A program made the position numbers and the translations under genes. DNA of 64,000 bases, taken from positions 160,001 to 224,000 of the forward strand of contig CAWJKZ010000010.1 in assembly GCA_963843575.1 (NCBI GenBank). Reading direction: 5' to 3'. The stretch comes from an uncultured Acidobacteriota bacterium (GTDB lineage Bacteria; Acidobacteriota; UBA6911). Positions 31,879-43,513 of the stretch are shown here, in pieces; position 1 is the stretch's first letter; each line of letters opens with the position of its first letter. The notes beneath the pieces were generated by a model that was given only the letters and a program-made list of their open reading frames with translations, made no database searches and was not told the DNA's origin.

Positions 31879-32319
31879 ATGACCCGGTGCATTTTCCACG
31901 ACGTGGGTCCCGGATTGCGCGACCGCAGGCTCTTCGACATCGTCGAACAGGTCTATGCGCGAAAGCACAAGGTAGTGGTTTTTGCCCCGGGCGAGGAGCG
32001 CGCCCGCGACCTGGACCGCCTGCTCTGGATCATGAAGCAGGAGTCGTTTATTCCGCACATGGTGGTCCGGGAACCGCAGCTTGACGACCCGTTGCCGGTC
32101 GTCCTCGTCACCACGGAGTCAAACCCGATCGGGGCCTCCACGCTGGTCGCCGACGGACATTGCTCCCTCGAATTCGCTCTCGCCTTCGAAACGGTGCACG
32201 AATTCGTCGATCGCTCCTCGCCCAAGATGCATCAGGCCTGCCGTGACCGCTATCGTGCCTACCAGTCCCGCGCCGTCTCCGTCCAATACGCTAGAGGGGA
32301 CGGACCAGGACAAACATAG
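31879..32319 (+). CDS. holC: DNA polymerase III chi subunit
   Basis: LDRLLW...ESFIPH, EFVD and ACRDRYRAYQ match HolC motifs; 146 aa. Confidence 0.78.
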   Translation: MTRCIFHDVGPGLRDRRLFDIVEQVYARKHKVVVFAPGEERARDLDRLLWIMKQESFIPHMVVREPQLDDPLPVVLVTTESNPIGASTLVADGHCSLEFALAFETVHEFVDRSSPKMHQACRDRYRAYQSRAVSVQYARGDGPGQT

Positions 32320-32608
32320 CATTTTCTTATACTTAGATAGATAATCCCCTCGAAATCGGCCCTTAATCGCGATTTTCGGGGCCATTTTTCTGGTTTTAGC
32401 CGGAAGGGTGGGCCGCACGCTGACGTCGGCCGACCCGCACAGCTCGGCGGCGGTCCCTCGGCGCCGGTCGGCGCACAGGTCGCGGAACGTTCTCCGCACG
32501 TGGATCTTCGAGACGTCTGTCCGTGCTCGCAGTCGTGCCGTTTCTCGAATTAGGGGGCCACCGCGCGGTTCTGCTCCTTGATCTCCGGCCCGGTGTGGCC
32601 GCCCGAAT

Positions 32609-35096
32609 TCAATAGTCCGGTTCCTTGCCTGGGTAGGGCGTGTCGAAGCCCTTGACGGAGTGCCAGATAGCACGGTTTAGCACCTGCTCGGGCGCTGCGT
32701 CCGGCTCGTCGAAATCCATATTCTGGGATTCCTCGGCGAGGCGCCGTGCCAGTCCGCGGATTGCCGCCAGCGGCGGATTCATCTCGTCGAGAGGCACGCG
32801 GTTGGGAAGAGCCGAATAGGGTGCGAAATCGGGGGCGGAATCGAACAGCGGAGAACATGGGTTCGGCCGCGAGGTCGAATTGATTCGACGGCGGCAAGCC
32901 CAGGATCTGCTCGATTGTGCGGTACATGTTGATGGTCGTGTAGAAGGTGCTGTCTACCGTCTTGCGCCTCGCCCAGGGGCTGATCACAAGCCCGACGGTG
33001 CGGTGACCATCGACGTGGTCGAGCCCGTTCTGTGCATCGTCCTCGGTGACGAAGATCGCCGACTCCTTCCAGTATCGGCTGTGCGAGATAGCCTCGACGA
33101 GGCGACCGAGTGCGAGGTCGTTGTCGGCGACGCAGGCACGGGGCGTCGGGTAACCCGGCGCTGTCCCGTTGGTGTGGTTCTGCGGCAGCAGCATCAGGAC
33201 GAGACCGGGCAGCGTCCCGTTCTTTTCGTACTCCGCGAACTCCTTCAGGAACTCGTCGAGCCGCACCTGGTCGGGGACCTTCATGTTGAAGCCGGCGTAC
33301 CGGGGGTGGTAGATCTCGCGCAAACCGCGCACGATCGGCCGGGCTTCGATCCCGATCTTCCCGGCTCCGCTCTTCCAGTCCGCGTAGATTTCGGCCCAAC
33401 CTGCGGCCGCCGGGGTGATGGTGGCGATCCCGCGCTCTCCGTACGCGCGAGCGCCGACCCGGTGCGCCCGCGCGTTGTCCCAGAGGAAATCGGTGGGGGC
33501 CAGCAACATGGGGTTGGCGTCGTTCCGTCCGTTCCCGTACTTGTGGATCCAGTCGCTCGCATACCCCTGGGTACACCAGCGGTGGCCGAGAGCCGACTGG
33601 TCGCCCGGGGCGTAGTAGTTGTCCAGCAGCACGTACTGCTCGGCCAGCGCGTGGTGGTTCGGCGTGATCTCGCGGCCGAACTGTACCAGCTGGGGATCGC
33701 CGTTCCCCTGCGGCAAGTCGCCGAACACCTGGTCATAGGTGCGGTTCTCTTTGATGATGTAAAACACGTGCCGTATGGGGGACGGCTGCCCGGCATGCAT
33801 GGGGATCGGGTGTCCCGCGATGCCGGCCGGTGTCGCGGGCCCTTGCCGCGCGTTGTTGTTGGCCATCACTTGGCGGGTGAGCGATGCCAGGGCCGCCGGG
33901 CCTGGCAAGTCGAGCGCCGACACGACCCCGACGCGGTCGCGGTAACTGCGCCCTTTCCTGCCCTCCGCCACCGGGGCGACCGAGCCGAAACCGTAGCCGC
34001 TCGCGATGTAGATCTGCCGCTCGTCGCCGGTCAGAGCCACCGCCGTGGGGTACCAGCCGGTTGGAATGAATCCCAACACGGGGTCGCGCGTGTTTTCGGT
34101 CGACACCACCGCGACGGCGTTGTTGGCACCGTTGGCGACATAGAGGGTCTTGCCGTCCCGGCTTACGGCGAGCGCGTTCGGGGCGCTCCCGAGCGGGGCC
34201 GACTGGTAGATGCGCACGTTGAGGGTCCCCACCAACCGGTCCATCCGCGTGTCGACGACAGAGATGGAATCGCTGTTGGCGTTGGCGACATAGAGACGGT
34301 CCCCCACTGGGCTGAGGGCCATGCCGCTCGGGTGGAGTCCCACGTCGATGTGCCGCAGGACCCTGTGGGACGTGGTGTCCAGCACGGAAACGGTGCCGCT
34401 GGCCGGGATGCCTCGTTTGTCCAGGACCACCGGGAACTCGCCTTCGACCGCATCGCGCGGACCCGGCCGCCGTCCGCCCCAGTTGCTCACATAGATCTTG
34501 CGGGATACGACAACCCCGTAAGGATAGCTTCCAACCGGGATCTCGGTCACCTTGCGGGTGGCGAGATCGACCACGGCGAGCGCGTGCTTCAGGTTGAGTG
34601 CCACGTAGAGGGTGCCGCCGTCGGCGCTCAAGGCCAGCCCGCTCGGGGCCGAATCGGCTATCCCGATAGGCTCCCCTGCGCGGAACGTTCCGTCCGGCTG
34701 ACGGTGCAGGACCTTGACGTTGTTGTCGCGGCCTCCTCCCACGTAGAGCCGGTTTCCCACCGAGTCGAACGCTACGCCGACGAAGCTGTCCCCGATCGGG
34801 ATCGACTGGAAAACCGACTTCCGCGCCGTGTCGATCAGGTGCAGGCTGCGCGGACTGAAATTACTGCCGGTCGCGACCGCCAGCAACCCGCCGTCCGGGC
34901 TCATGACCATGCCCAGTGGCCGATCGCTGACTTCGATGTGAGTACCTGCCGGGGTCAAGGTCTGTCCCGTGGGGATCAGGATACTCCCGTCCGGCTGCCG
35001 GCCGACCCTGCGTGTGGTCAATACCGCGGCAGCCGCGGTGGCGAGGACCATCAGTACCACAAGGCCTCTGGTCGAGCGTCTCGGTCGCAGTGTCAT
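32609..35096 (-). CDS. YncE/YVTN beta-propeller plus phosphoesterase (alkaline phosphatase superfamily); frameshift near 32850
   Basis: YVANANSD repeats, IPTGWYP, IIKENRTYDQ, DNDLALG, EDDAQNGLDHVDGHR. The C-terminus continues in ORF 32609..32797. Confidence 0.85.
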
Positions 35097-35241
35097 GGCA
35101 TCTCCCCTGATCCTGTTGGGCCCTCCCCTGCCGCAAGGCCGCGCGTGGATCGCGAAGCAGAAAGGGCCTCGGCGGCCCACCCGGCGGGCCGGTTGCAGAT
35201 CTGGGGCGGGGTCGAGCCGCCTCCGTCCGGAGCAGCGGCGC

Positions 35242-36495
35242 TCACTCTCCTATGCAATAGACGCGGGAGTCGGTGCGATAAAAAAGGTCGTTCCCGGACA
35301 CGGCCGGGGAGGCGGTAATGCGTTCGCCCAGGCTGTTGGTGGCCAGCAACTCGAACTCCGGCCCGGCTTTGACGACGAAAGTCGTCCCGTCGTTGTTGCT
35401 CACGTAAATGCGCCCGGCGCCGGCAAGCGGGGACGAGTTGCAGGCGCCGCCCAGCCGTTGCCGGTAAAGCTCCTTCCCGGTCTTCCCGTCGAGGCACACC
35501 AGGACCCCGTTATCCATCAGCGAATACAACAATCCTTGATAGTAGACGGGCGACGGCTCCTGCGGCCCCGGCTTTTCGCTGATCCAGACGGGCTCCGGGG
35601 GCCGACCGTTGGCCATCAACCGGATGGCGTGGATCGGGCTCTGGCGCCACAACTGCAGAAACACGAGCCCGTCCCCGGAAACCGGGCTCACGATGATTTC
35701 TCCGTTGAACGGCCCTTCGCCCGAGCCGTATTTCCACAGCTCGTCGTGTGTCCGGGCGTCGAAAGCGGTAAGGCGGTTCTTCCCGGAGACCAGGATTTCG
35801 GTCTGGCCGTCGTGCGTCACCACGAGCGGCGTCGCATGGCTCGTGCCGATGGGGCGTTCCTTCTTCCAGAGTACCTCGCCGGTCCGCTTGTCGAGGCCTA
35901 TCAGAAAACATGGCCCCTTGTGATGATCCCACGGGAGCAGGACGGAATCTTCAAGGACGACGGGACTGACGCCGTACCCCCACGCCATCCTGGGATCGCC
36001 GAAGAGGCTCATATACCGCGTCACCCACGCCAGCTTGCCGTCGTGCGAGTAGCGGGCCACGTCGGAGTTCCCAAACGCGACATAGACCGCGTCACCGGTC
36101 ACGGCCGGGGTGTTTACCGCCAGATTCGACTTTTCGTGAGTCCGCTGATCGACGCCCAAGCCGAAATCGTGCCGCCACAACTCCCTCCCGCGCCGCTTGT
36201 CGAGGCAGAGGGTCAGCAGGGACTTCTTCCCGTCGCGTTCCGTCTGAGACGTGACAAACAGCCGGCTGCCGTAGACGACGGGCGAACTGGTGCCCCACCC
36301 GGGCAACTGCGTCGACCACCGGATGTTTTTGTTCCCACCCCATCTGAGGGGGAGGTTACTCACCTCGGCAACCCCATCGGCCTTTGTTCCCCTCCAGCGG
36401 GGCCAGTCGGTCTGAGAGTCCCCAGCGGGCGGTACGGCGTCTGCCAGCAGCGCTGCGGTAAACACGACAATAAGAATCATCTGCACACGTTTCAT
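35242..36495 (-). CDS. Exported PQQ-binding-like (BamB-like) beta-propeller protein
   Basis: DWPRWRG, SSPVV, LDKRTGEVLW, ASPA repeats. Confidence 0.85.
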   Translation of the reverse strand: MKRVQMILIVVFTAALLADAVPPAGDSQTDWPRWRGTKADGVAEVSNLPLRWGGNKNIRWSTQLPGWGTSSPVVYGSRLFVTSQTERDGKKSLLTLCLDKRRGRELWRHDFGLGVDQRTHEKSNLAVNTPAVTGDAVYVAFGNSDVARYSHDGKLAWVTRYMSLFGDPRMAWGYGVSPVVLEDSVLLPWDHHKGPCFLIGLDKRTGEVLWKKERPIGTSHATPLVVTHDGQTEILVSGKNRLTAFDARTHDELWKYGSGEGPFNGEIIVSPVSGDGLVFLQLWRQSPIHAIRLMANGRPPEPVWISEKPGPQEPSPVYYQGLLYSLMDNGVLVCLDGKTGKELYRQRLGGACNSSPLAGAGRIYVSNNDGTTFVVKAGPEFELLATNSLGERITASPAVSGNDLFYRTDSRVYCIGE

Positions 36496-36618
36496 GAAAA
36501 CCTGCCGTCGTCAGTCCTTGGGAATGTACCTGTTTCCGCAGCCGAAAATATCACGATTCGGCGCAGCGCAGGCGCACATTGCACGAACTTCAGTCGGGGC
36601 TGCTGGTACTATAGCGGG

Positions 36619-37914
36619 GTGGACGACAAAGCCCTGGCCGGCAGGCTCCCCCTGCTGTTCTACTATCACCGGCTGAACCGCTACAGCTTCAACGCCCTGG
36701 GAGGCGCGCTGGACGCCGATGCCGAACTGGCCGACCTCCCCGCAGCCCTGGCCAGGACGCCGGAAGAGTTGTTCGCGGCGGCGGCGGAGATCTTGAGCCG
36801 CAACGATCGCGTGATCGTCGCGTTCTCCGTCCTGACCTCCCGGGCCATGGAAACCCGGGACCTTCTCCGCCGGCTGCGCTCCCGGCACAAGTCCCGCGTG
36901 ATCGCGCTTGCCGGCGGGCCGCACGCCATCGCCGACCCCCGCGCCATGCTCGAGGACGGGATGGACATCGTGTTCCGCGGCGAGGCGGAGGAGATCTTCC
37001 CCCTCGCGCTCAAGCGCATCGCGGAGGAGCTAAACCCCGGAGAGATCCCCGGACTCGCCTGGCGGCGCGAGGACGAGCTTGTGGTCAACGGTCGTGCCGC
37101 GCCCGTCAACATCGACGCATCGGCCTCGATCTCGCCGAAGCGGCACATGATCGGGCCGATCGAAATCACCCGCGGGTGTCCCTTCGCGTGCAGCTTCTGC
37201 CAGACGTCACACATCTTCGGCGTGCGGCCGCGCCATCGCAGCATCGAAAACATAGTGCGTCAGGCGGCGGTCATCGGTTCGAAACACAGGAAGGTCGTGA
37301 GGCTGCTTTCCCCCAACGCCTTCTCCTACGGTTCTCCCGACGGCCGGCAGCTGAACCTCACCGCGGTACGCGAGCTGCTGCATGCCGTACGGCAGACCGT
37401 CGGCGCCGCCGGCCGGATCGTCTTCGGGTACTTCCCCTCGGAGGTAAGGCCCGAACACGTGCTCCCCGAAACCCTCGAACTGCTCCGAACCTTCGCCGAC
37501 AACGACGAGATCGTCATCGGCGCGCAATCGGGGAGCGCGCACATGCTTGAGGTCTGCCGTCGCTCCCACACGGTGGAGGACGTATTGACGGCGGTCGCGC
37601 GGGCGCGCAAGTCCGGATTCAAAGTCATCGTCGATTTTATCTTCGGCCTGCCCGGGGAAACCGACGACGACGTGCGCGACACGCTCGAGGTCATGGCGGC
37701 GTTGAGCCGGCTCGGAGCCCGCGTCCATCCGCATGTGTTCGCCCCGTTGCCGCAAACCGCCTTCGCCGGGGAGACTCCCGGCGCCATCTCGCCCGAGGTC
37801 ATCAGGACACTCGCGCTGCTCAATGAACGGGGCGCAACATACGGGGACTGTATCGGACGGCCGGGAATGACCGACTGCGACAGGCCCGCACACGCCGCCT
37901 CTTCTGATCTATAA
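36619..37914 (+). CDS. B12-binding radical SAM protein (TIGR04013-like)
   Basis: GGPHA, GEAEE, EITRGCPFACSFCQ, FPSEVRPE, DFIFGLPGE. GTG start inferred, preceded by TACTAT (possibly leaderless). Confidence 0.82.
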   Translation: MDDKALAGRLPLLFYYHRLNRYSFNALGGALDADAELADLPAALARTPEELFAAAAEILSRNDRVIVAFSVLTSRAMETRDLLRRLRSRHKSRVIALAGGPHAIADPRAMLEDGMDIVFRGEAEEIFPLALKRIAEELNPGEIPGLAWRREDELVVNGRAAPVNIDASASISPKRHMIGPIEITRGCPFACSFCQTSHIFGVRPRHRSIENIVRQAAVIGSKHRKVVRLLSPNAFSYGSPDGRQLNLTAVRELLHAVRQTVGAAGRIVFGYFPSEVRPEHVLPETLELLRTFADNDEIVIGAQSGSAHMLEVCRRSHTVEDVLTAVARARKSGFKVIVDFIFGLPGETDDDVRDTLEVMAALSRLGARVHPHVFAPLPQTAFAGETPGAISPEVIRTLALLNERGATYGDCIGRPGMTDCDRPAHAASSDL

Positions 37915-37945
37915 TGCCGCATCCCGAATTCCGGAGGAGGATGCT

Positions 37946-40711
37946 ATGCGCGTTCCGTTCATCACGGCAGCTGGGTTGCTGATCGCTTCTGTGTCGCTGG
38001 CCTTCGTGGGCACCTCGGCGGGCGCAACGGTCTCGGCCGTTACCAACATGAGATGCGAATACAAGGCAAATCCCGTGGGGATCGACGTCCTGCAGCCACG
38101 GTTGAGCTGGCAACTGAGCGCCACGGACCGGGGGGTGGCCCAGAGTGCGTACCAGATCCGCGTGGCTGAGAATGCGGAGGTGCTCTCAGGGACTCCTCTG
38201 TGGGATACCGGCAGGATCCAGTCGGACGCTTCCCATCTGGTGGCGTATCGCGGGCCTGCGCTGCAGAGTGGGAAACGCTATTACTGGCAGGTGCGCGCCT
38301 GGACGGGCGGCGACCAGCCGGGCCCGTGGAGCGGCGCGGCGTTTTGGGAAATGGGTCTTCTGAACCCCTCGGATTGGAAAGCGTCCTGGATCCAGCCGGC
38401 CCTCGAAGAGGATCCCCGTAAGTCCGGCCCCGCGGCGGTATTGCGCAAGGAGTTCGACGTGACCGCGCCGATCCGGGCCGCTCGTGCCTACGTCACTTGC
38501 CTCGGGCTCTACGAAATGGAGTTGAACGGTCGCCGGGTCGGGGACCAGCTCTTCACGCCGGGGTGGACGGCATACGATACCCGCCTTCAGTACCAGACCT
38601 TCGACATCACCAGCGCCCTGAAGCAGGGCCGAAATGCCATCGGCGTGACGCTCGGCGACGGCTGGTATCGGGGGAACCTTGCGTTCCAGGGACAGCGCAA
38701 CACCTATGGGGAACAGACTGCGCTCCTGATGCAGATTCAGCTCACGTACGCCGACGGACGCACGGCCGTCGTGACCACGGACGGGAGTTGGAAGGCTGCT
38801 ACGGGACCCATCCTGGCCTCCGATATCTATAACGGCGAACTGTACGACGCGCGGCTGGAAATACCGGGATGGAGCAGCGCCGGTTTCTCGGACCAAAACT
38901 GGCGTCCCGTCCGTGTTGCCGAACCCCCGAAGGCGACGCTGGTCGCTCCCGCGGGCCCGCCAGTCCGGAAAATAGAGGAGATCAAGCCGGTCAGGGTATT
39001 CCGAACACCCGCGGGCGAAACCGTCGTCGACATGGGCCAGAACCTCGTCGGATGGGTACGGTTGAGGGTAAACGGGCCCGCCGGAACCAGGGTCACGCTG
39101 CGCCACACCGAGGTCCTCGACAAGGCGGGCAACTTCTACACCGAGAACTTGCGCGCGGCCAGGCAGACGGACACCTACGTCCTCAAGGGGGGCGGCACGG
39201 AAGTCTTCGAGCCCCACTTCACCTTCCACGGATTCCGCTTTGTGGCGGTGGACGGATTCCCGGGGGATTTGGCGACGGGCGACCTGACCGGCGCGGTCAT
39301 CCACTCGGACATGCGCCCTACGGGTACGTTTGAGTGTTCGAACGCGCTGATCAACCAGCTCCAGCACAACATCCAGTGGGGGCAGAAAGGCAACTTCCTG
39401 GACGTGCCGACGGACTGCCCGCAGCGCGACGAGCGCCTCGGTTGGACGGGCGACGCCCAGGCCTTCGCCCGCACCGCCGCGTTCAATTTTGACGCGGCCG
39501 GCTTCTACACAAAGTGGCTGCGGGATCTGGCCGCCGACCAGAAGGCCACCGGAGCCGTCCCGCACGTCATTCCCAACGTCCTCGACCGCAAAAACCCGGA
39601 AGCCAGCGCCGCGTCGGCGGGGTGGGCCGATGCGGCCGTGGTCGTCCCGTGGACCGTCTATCTCGTCTACGGCGACACCCGCATCCTCGAACAGCAGTAT
39701 CCGAGCATGAAGGCCTGGGTCGACTACATGACGCATCGCGCAGGTCCCGGCCTGCTCTGGAACACCGACTTCACTTATGGCGACTGGCTCGCGTTCGCAA
39801 CGACCCGCTCCGACTACCCTGGGGCGACGACCGACAAGGACCTGGTCTGCCAGGCGTACTTTGCCCGGTCGACGGACCTGTTGCAGCGCACGGCCACGAT
39901 CCTGGGGAAAACCGACGACGCCAACCGGTATGCCGACCTGCTGGCCAGAATAAAGAAAGTCTTCCTGGACGAGTTCGTGACCTCGAACGGACGTTTGGCG
40001 TCCAACACCCAGACCGCCTATGCGCTCGCGCTCGGCTTCGACATTCTCCCGGAAGCGATGCGCGCGGGGGCGGCGCGGCGCTTCGCGGAAAATGTGCGCA
40101 CCTTCAAGCACCTCACCACCGGATTCCTCGGAACGCCGCTGCTCTGTCAGGTTCTGGCGGACTTCGGGTACTGGGACGAGGCGTTCCTGCTTCTCAACCG
40201 CAAGGAATACCCTTCGTGGCTTTACCCGGTCACCCAGGGGGCTACCACTATCTGGGAGCGCTGGGACGGGCAGAAGCCCGACGGGAGCTTCCAGGACAAG
40301 GGGATGAACTCCTTCAACCACTATGCCTATGGCGCCATCGGCGAGTGGCTGTACAAGGCCGTGGCCGGCATCGAGATCGACCCGCAGCAGCCCGCGTACA
40401 AACACGTCCTCTTCCGCCCACATCCCGGAGGCGGGCTTGATCATGCCAAGGCCACCCTGGAAACAGTCTATGGAACAGTGTCCTCCGACTGGAAGATAGC
40501 CGGCGGGCAGTTCACGCTGGCGCTCGAACTGCCGCCCAATACCAGCGCCTCGGTGCGGCTGCCCGGGGCCCGCCTGTCCCAGGTCAGGGAGAGCGGGCGC
40601 CCGCTCACGTCGGGCAACGGCCTATCGGACGTCGCGGATGGAGGAGACGCCGTGACCGTGCGGATCAGCTCCGGCAAGTACTTGTTCGAGTACCCCTGGC
40701 CAACTCAATAG
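37946..40711 (+). CDS. Alpha-L-rhamnosidase (GH78), secreted
   Basis: PRLSW, FHGFRF, PTDCPQRDERLGWTGDA, ATTIWERWD, MNSFNHYA; GGAGGAGG RBS and TATAAT at 37910. Confidence 0.92.
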   Translation: MRVPFITAAGLLIASVSLAFVGTSAGATVSAVTNMRCEYKANPVGIDVLQPRLSWQLSATDRGVAQSAYQIRVAENAEVLSGTPLWDTGRIQSDASHLVAYRGPALQSGKRYYWQVRAWTGGDQPGPWSGAAFWEMGLLNPSDWKASWIQPALEEDPRKSGPAAVLRKEFDVTAPIRAARAYVTCLGLYEMELNGRRVGDQLFTPGWTAYDTRLQYQTFDITSALKQGRNAIGVTLGDGWYRGNLAFQGQRNTYGEQTALLMQIQLTYADGRTAVVTTDGSWKAATGPILASDIYNGELYDARLEIPGWSSAGFSDQNWRPVRVAEPPKATLVAPAGPPVRKIEEIKPVRVFRTPAGETVVDMGQNLVGWVRLRVNGPAGTRVTLRHTEVLDKAGNFYTENLRAARQTDTYVLKGGGTEVFEPHFTFHGFRFVAVDGFPGDLATGDLTGAVIHSDMRPTGTFECSNALINQLQHNIQWGQKGNFLDVPTDCPQRDERLGWTGDAQAFARTAAFNFDAAGFYTKWLRDLAADQKATGAVPHVIPNVLDRKNPEASAASAGWADAAVVVPWTVYLVYGDTRILEQQYPSMKAWVDYMTHRAGPGLLWNTDFTYGDWLAFATTRSDYPGATTDKDLVCQAYFARSTDLLQRTATILGKTDDANRYADLLARIKKVFLDEFVTSNGRLASNTQTAYALALGFDILPEAMRAGAARRFAENVRTFKHLTTGFLGTPLLCQVLADFGYWDEAFLLLNRKEYPSWLYPVTQGATTIWERWDGQKPDGSFQDKGMNSFNHYAYGAIGEWLYKAVAGIEIDPQQPAYKHVLFRPHPGGGLDHAKATLETVYGTVSSDWKIAGGQFTLALELPPNTSASVRLPGARLSQVRESGRPLTSGNGLSDVADGGDAVTVRISSGKYLFEYPWPTQ

Positions 40712-40712
40712 C

Positions 40713-40865
40713 GGTCGCAAAACACTTGCTCTTGCGGCGGCCGGGTGCTGCCGCGAGGCTGAAGTGGCGTCGCTTGCTTGCCATCAGGCGTGGCGCCGAG
40801 GCGCCGAGCATTTTGGCCGTAGGACAAGAGCGCAAAGCGGCGCCGAGGCGCCGCACTCCAGATTA
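40713..40865 (+). repeat. REPIN/MITE-like repeat, copy C
   Basis: GGCGTGGCGCCGAGGCGCCGAGCATT..GCCGTAGGAC..AAAGCGGCGCCGAGGCGCCGCACTCCAGATTA. Its end overlaps the stop codon of the convergent permease. Confidence 0.82.
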
Positions 40866-43394
40866 CTCGTAGCGCAGCGCGACGATGGGATCGACTTGCG
40901 TGGCGCGGCGGGCGGGAATCACGCTTGCCAGCAAGGCCACGGCGACGAGCACCAGTGTCCCGGCAACAATCGTCAGGGGGTCCTGCGCGCCCACCCCGTA
41001 CAGGAGCGACCTGACCAGCCGGGTCGTTGCCAGGGCGGCGGGGATCCCGATCACGGCGCCGATGCCCACCAGGAGCGCTGCATCCCTCAAAATCAGCTTC
41101 AGCACGGCAGCGCGCTGCGCGCCAAGCGCCACACGGATGCCGATTTCGCGCGTCCTGCGGGCAACCGAATAGGAGATGACGCCGTACAGCCCCACGCCCG
41201 CCAGGAGCAGGGCCAGTAGCCCGAAAAAGCCCGACAGCGTGGCGATAAGCCGGTCCTCGAGGATGTTGTCGTCGATCTGCTTCTGCATCGTCCCCGAGCC
41301 GGTTACGGGAATCGCCGGGTCGATAGCGGCCACCAGGCGTCTCACCGCCTCGACGGTCTCCGGCGCCTCTCGTGTCGTGCGGAGGCAGACGGTGCGGGAG
41401 GCCCAGGTCGCGCGCCAGGTCGGCACGTACGCCATTGGGACGAGCGGGTCTCGCAGGTTGAAGTAGCGCGCGTCCTTGACGACGCCGATCACCTCGTAGG
41501 CGCGCGCCGGATCGTATTTCTCCGACAGCGACACGTGCAGCCCGATCGGGTTGCGCCCGCTGAAGAACCGCCGCGCCATGCTTTCGTTGATGATCATGTA
41601 GCGCGGGCCCGGCGGCTCCGGGGGTTCGACACCGGGGGTCAACTCTTCCGGCGGCTCGGGATAATAGGTGGGGTTGTCCTGTTCGCGGAAATCGCGGCCG
41701 AGCACCAGCGGAATCCCCATGGTCTCGAAAAAGCGGTGCGACACGGCGTTCATGTCGAGATACTTCACGTCGGAAGGCTGAAACTGGTAGCCCTCGACGT
41801 TAAAATCCCCGTTCCACTGCATCCCGCCCAGGGGAGTAATGGCCGCGAGGCTGGCGGAAACGACGCCCGGCAGCGCCTCGGCCTGCGTGCGCATCCGGTC
41901 GTAGAACTCGCGCAGGCGCTGCCCCTTGTAACCGTTCCGGCTCGGGTCCACCGAGATGACCAGCGTGTTTTCGGGACGGAAGCCGGGGTCGAGGTCGCGG
42001 AGCTTGCCGAGGCTGCGGACAAAGAGCCCCGCCGTGATGAGCAGCAGGATCGAGAGCGCGACCTGAAGCACGACCAGCGCATTGCGCAGCGTGAGCCAGG
42101 AAGCGCCGCCGGTGCGCGAGATCTCGTCTTTCAGGGCCGCGACGAGGTCGGGTCGGGTTGCGCGCAGCGCAGGGACCAGGCCGAAGAGAACACCGGTGAG
42201 GATTGACACGGCAGCCGTAAAGCCGAGCAGGCGCAGGTCCGGGGAAACCGCGATCGCCTCGCGCGCCAATTCCCCTTCGGGGGCGAATCCGAGCAGCGCC
42301 TTGACCCCCAAACACGACAGCCCGAGCCCGGCAGCCCCGCCCGCCAGCGCGATGAGGACGCTCTCGCTGAGCAGCTGGCCCGTGAGCCGCGCCCGCGTTG
42401 CCCCGACCGCGAGCCGCACCGCCATCTCGCGCCGACGTGCTGCCCCGCGCGCCAGCATCAGGTTGGCCACGTTCGCGCACGCGATCAGGAGCACCAGCCC
42501 GACGACCGACATCAGCACGATCAGCGGCTTTTCCAGCCGGCTCCGCATGTAGGAGTACCCGCGGGCACCCGGCTGCAGCCGGATCGGCTCCGCATGGCTG
42601 ACAAACCGCTGGTCGCGGGTCGTCCGCCGCTCGGTTTCTTCCTGCGCGTGGAGAATGTTGAACAGTTCGACTTCCGCCTGGCTGATACTCGACCCCGGCT
42701 TCAGGCGCCCGATCGTCTGGAGCCACCACCAGTGACGGTTGTTCCAGCGTTTGAATGGCTCACCGGAGACCTCGCCGAACATGAGAATCGGGATGAACAG
42801 GTGAGGTGCAGCCGTGGGGTCGGCCCCCCGGAACCCGCGGCGTGCAACCCCCACGACGCTGAACGGGTAGCCGTTCAGACGGAACGTGCGTCCGATGACG
42901 CGCGGGTCCGAGCCGAACCGCGCCTGCCAGTAGTCGTGGCTCAGGACTGCATATGGCGCCGCGCTCGGGATGCGGTCGTCCTCCGGATTGAGGACGCGGC
43001 CCAGTCGAGGCCCGACCCCAAGCACCTCGAAGTAGTTGCCCGACACCATCGCGACCCGCACGATCTCGGGCGGCGTCGACGGGTCCGCTTCGGCCGGCTG
43101 CATCCCAACCGGAGTCGAACCGCCGCCGCAGGCCGCCAGCGCGAGACTCCGGCTCCCATCCCGGAACGCGATGTAATCGGGGTAGTTCCACGACGACCTC
43201 TCTTGGCCGGCCACAACCCGGTACAGTTCCTGCGGCGACTTCACCGGCAGCCTTCTCAACAGCAGCGTGTCGATGATTGAAAAAATCGCGGTGTTGGCGC
43301 CGATGCCGAGGGCAAGCGACAGGATCGCAATCGCCGAGGCGCCCGGCGTCTTCAATACCATACGCACCGAGTAGCGGAAATCGCCCCAGTTCAC
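40863..43394 (-). CDS. Duplicated MacB/FtsX ABC permease (acidobacterial ADOP type)
   Basis: [55 protein letters not shown]; no adjacent ATPase. Confidence 0.9.
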   Translation of the reverse strand: MNWGDFRYSVRMVLKTPGASAIAILSLALGIGANTAIFSIIDTLLLRRLPVKSPQELYRVVAGQERSSWNYPDYIAFRDGSRSLALAACGGGSTPVGMQPAEADPSTPPEIVRVAMVSGNYFEVLGVGPRLGRVLNPEDDRIPSAAPYAVLSHDYWQARFGSDPRVIGRTFRLNGYPFSVVGVARRGFRGADPTAAPHLFIPILMFGEVSGEPFKRWNNRHWWWLQTIGRLKPGSSISQAEVELFNILHAQEETERRTTRDQRFVSHAEPIRLQPGARGYSYMRSRLEKPLIVLMSVVGLVLLIACANVANLMLARGAARRREMAVRLAVGATRARLTGQLLSESVLIALAGGAAGLGLSCLGVKALLGFAPEGELAREAIAVSPDLRLLGFTAAVSILTGVLFGLVPALRATRPDLVAALKDEISRTGGASWLTLRNALVVLQVALSILLLITAGLFVRSLGKLRDLDPGFRPENTLVISVDPSRNGYKGQRLREFYDRMRTQAEALPGVVSASLAAITPLGGMQWNGDFNVEGYQFQPSDVKYLDMNAVSHRFFETMGIPLVLGRDFREQDNPTYYPEPPEELTPGVEPPEPPGPRYMIINESMARRFFSGRNPIGLHVSLSEKYDPARAYEVIGVVKDARYFNLRDPLVPMAYVPTWRATWASRTVCLRTTREAPETVEAVRRLVAAIDPAIPVTGSGTMQKQIDDNILEDRLIATLSGFFGLLALLLAGVGLYGVISYSVARRTREIGIRVALGAQRAAVLKLILRDAALLVGIGAVIGIPAALATTRLVRSLLYGVGAQDPLTIVAGTLVLVAVALLASVIPARRATQVDPIVALRYE

Positions 43395-43513
43395 AACGCC
43401 CTCCCATCCTGTTCCGTTGGACGTTCGCCCCGCCTGATTGGCCGAGGACGATTTGACCCGTGGGCCCGGCTTTCCGTGGCAAAGCTGCGGGTTTTCCGTT
43501 AGCCTAGCATGCC

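Noticed and set aside
32320-32470. AT-rich tract with weak inverted repeats as an IS remnant
   Set aside because: No transposase fragment, clear TIR pair or target-site duplication is visible.
32880-36618. Long plus-strand ORFs (812 aa, and the first 550 aa of the 981-aa ORF)
   Set aside because: Antisense shadows of real minus-strand genes in high-GC DNA; only the part from 36619 has protein motifs.
40863-43394. ABC permease without an ATPase as a novelty
   Set aside because: Orphan duplicated permeases are a known, abundant acidobacterial family.
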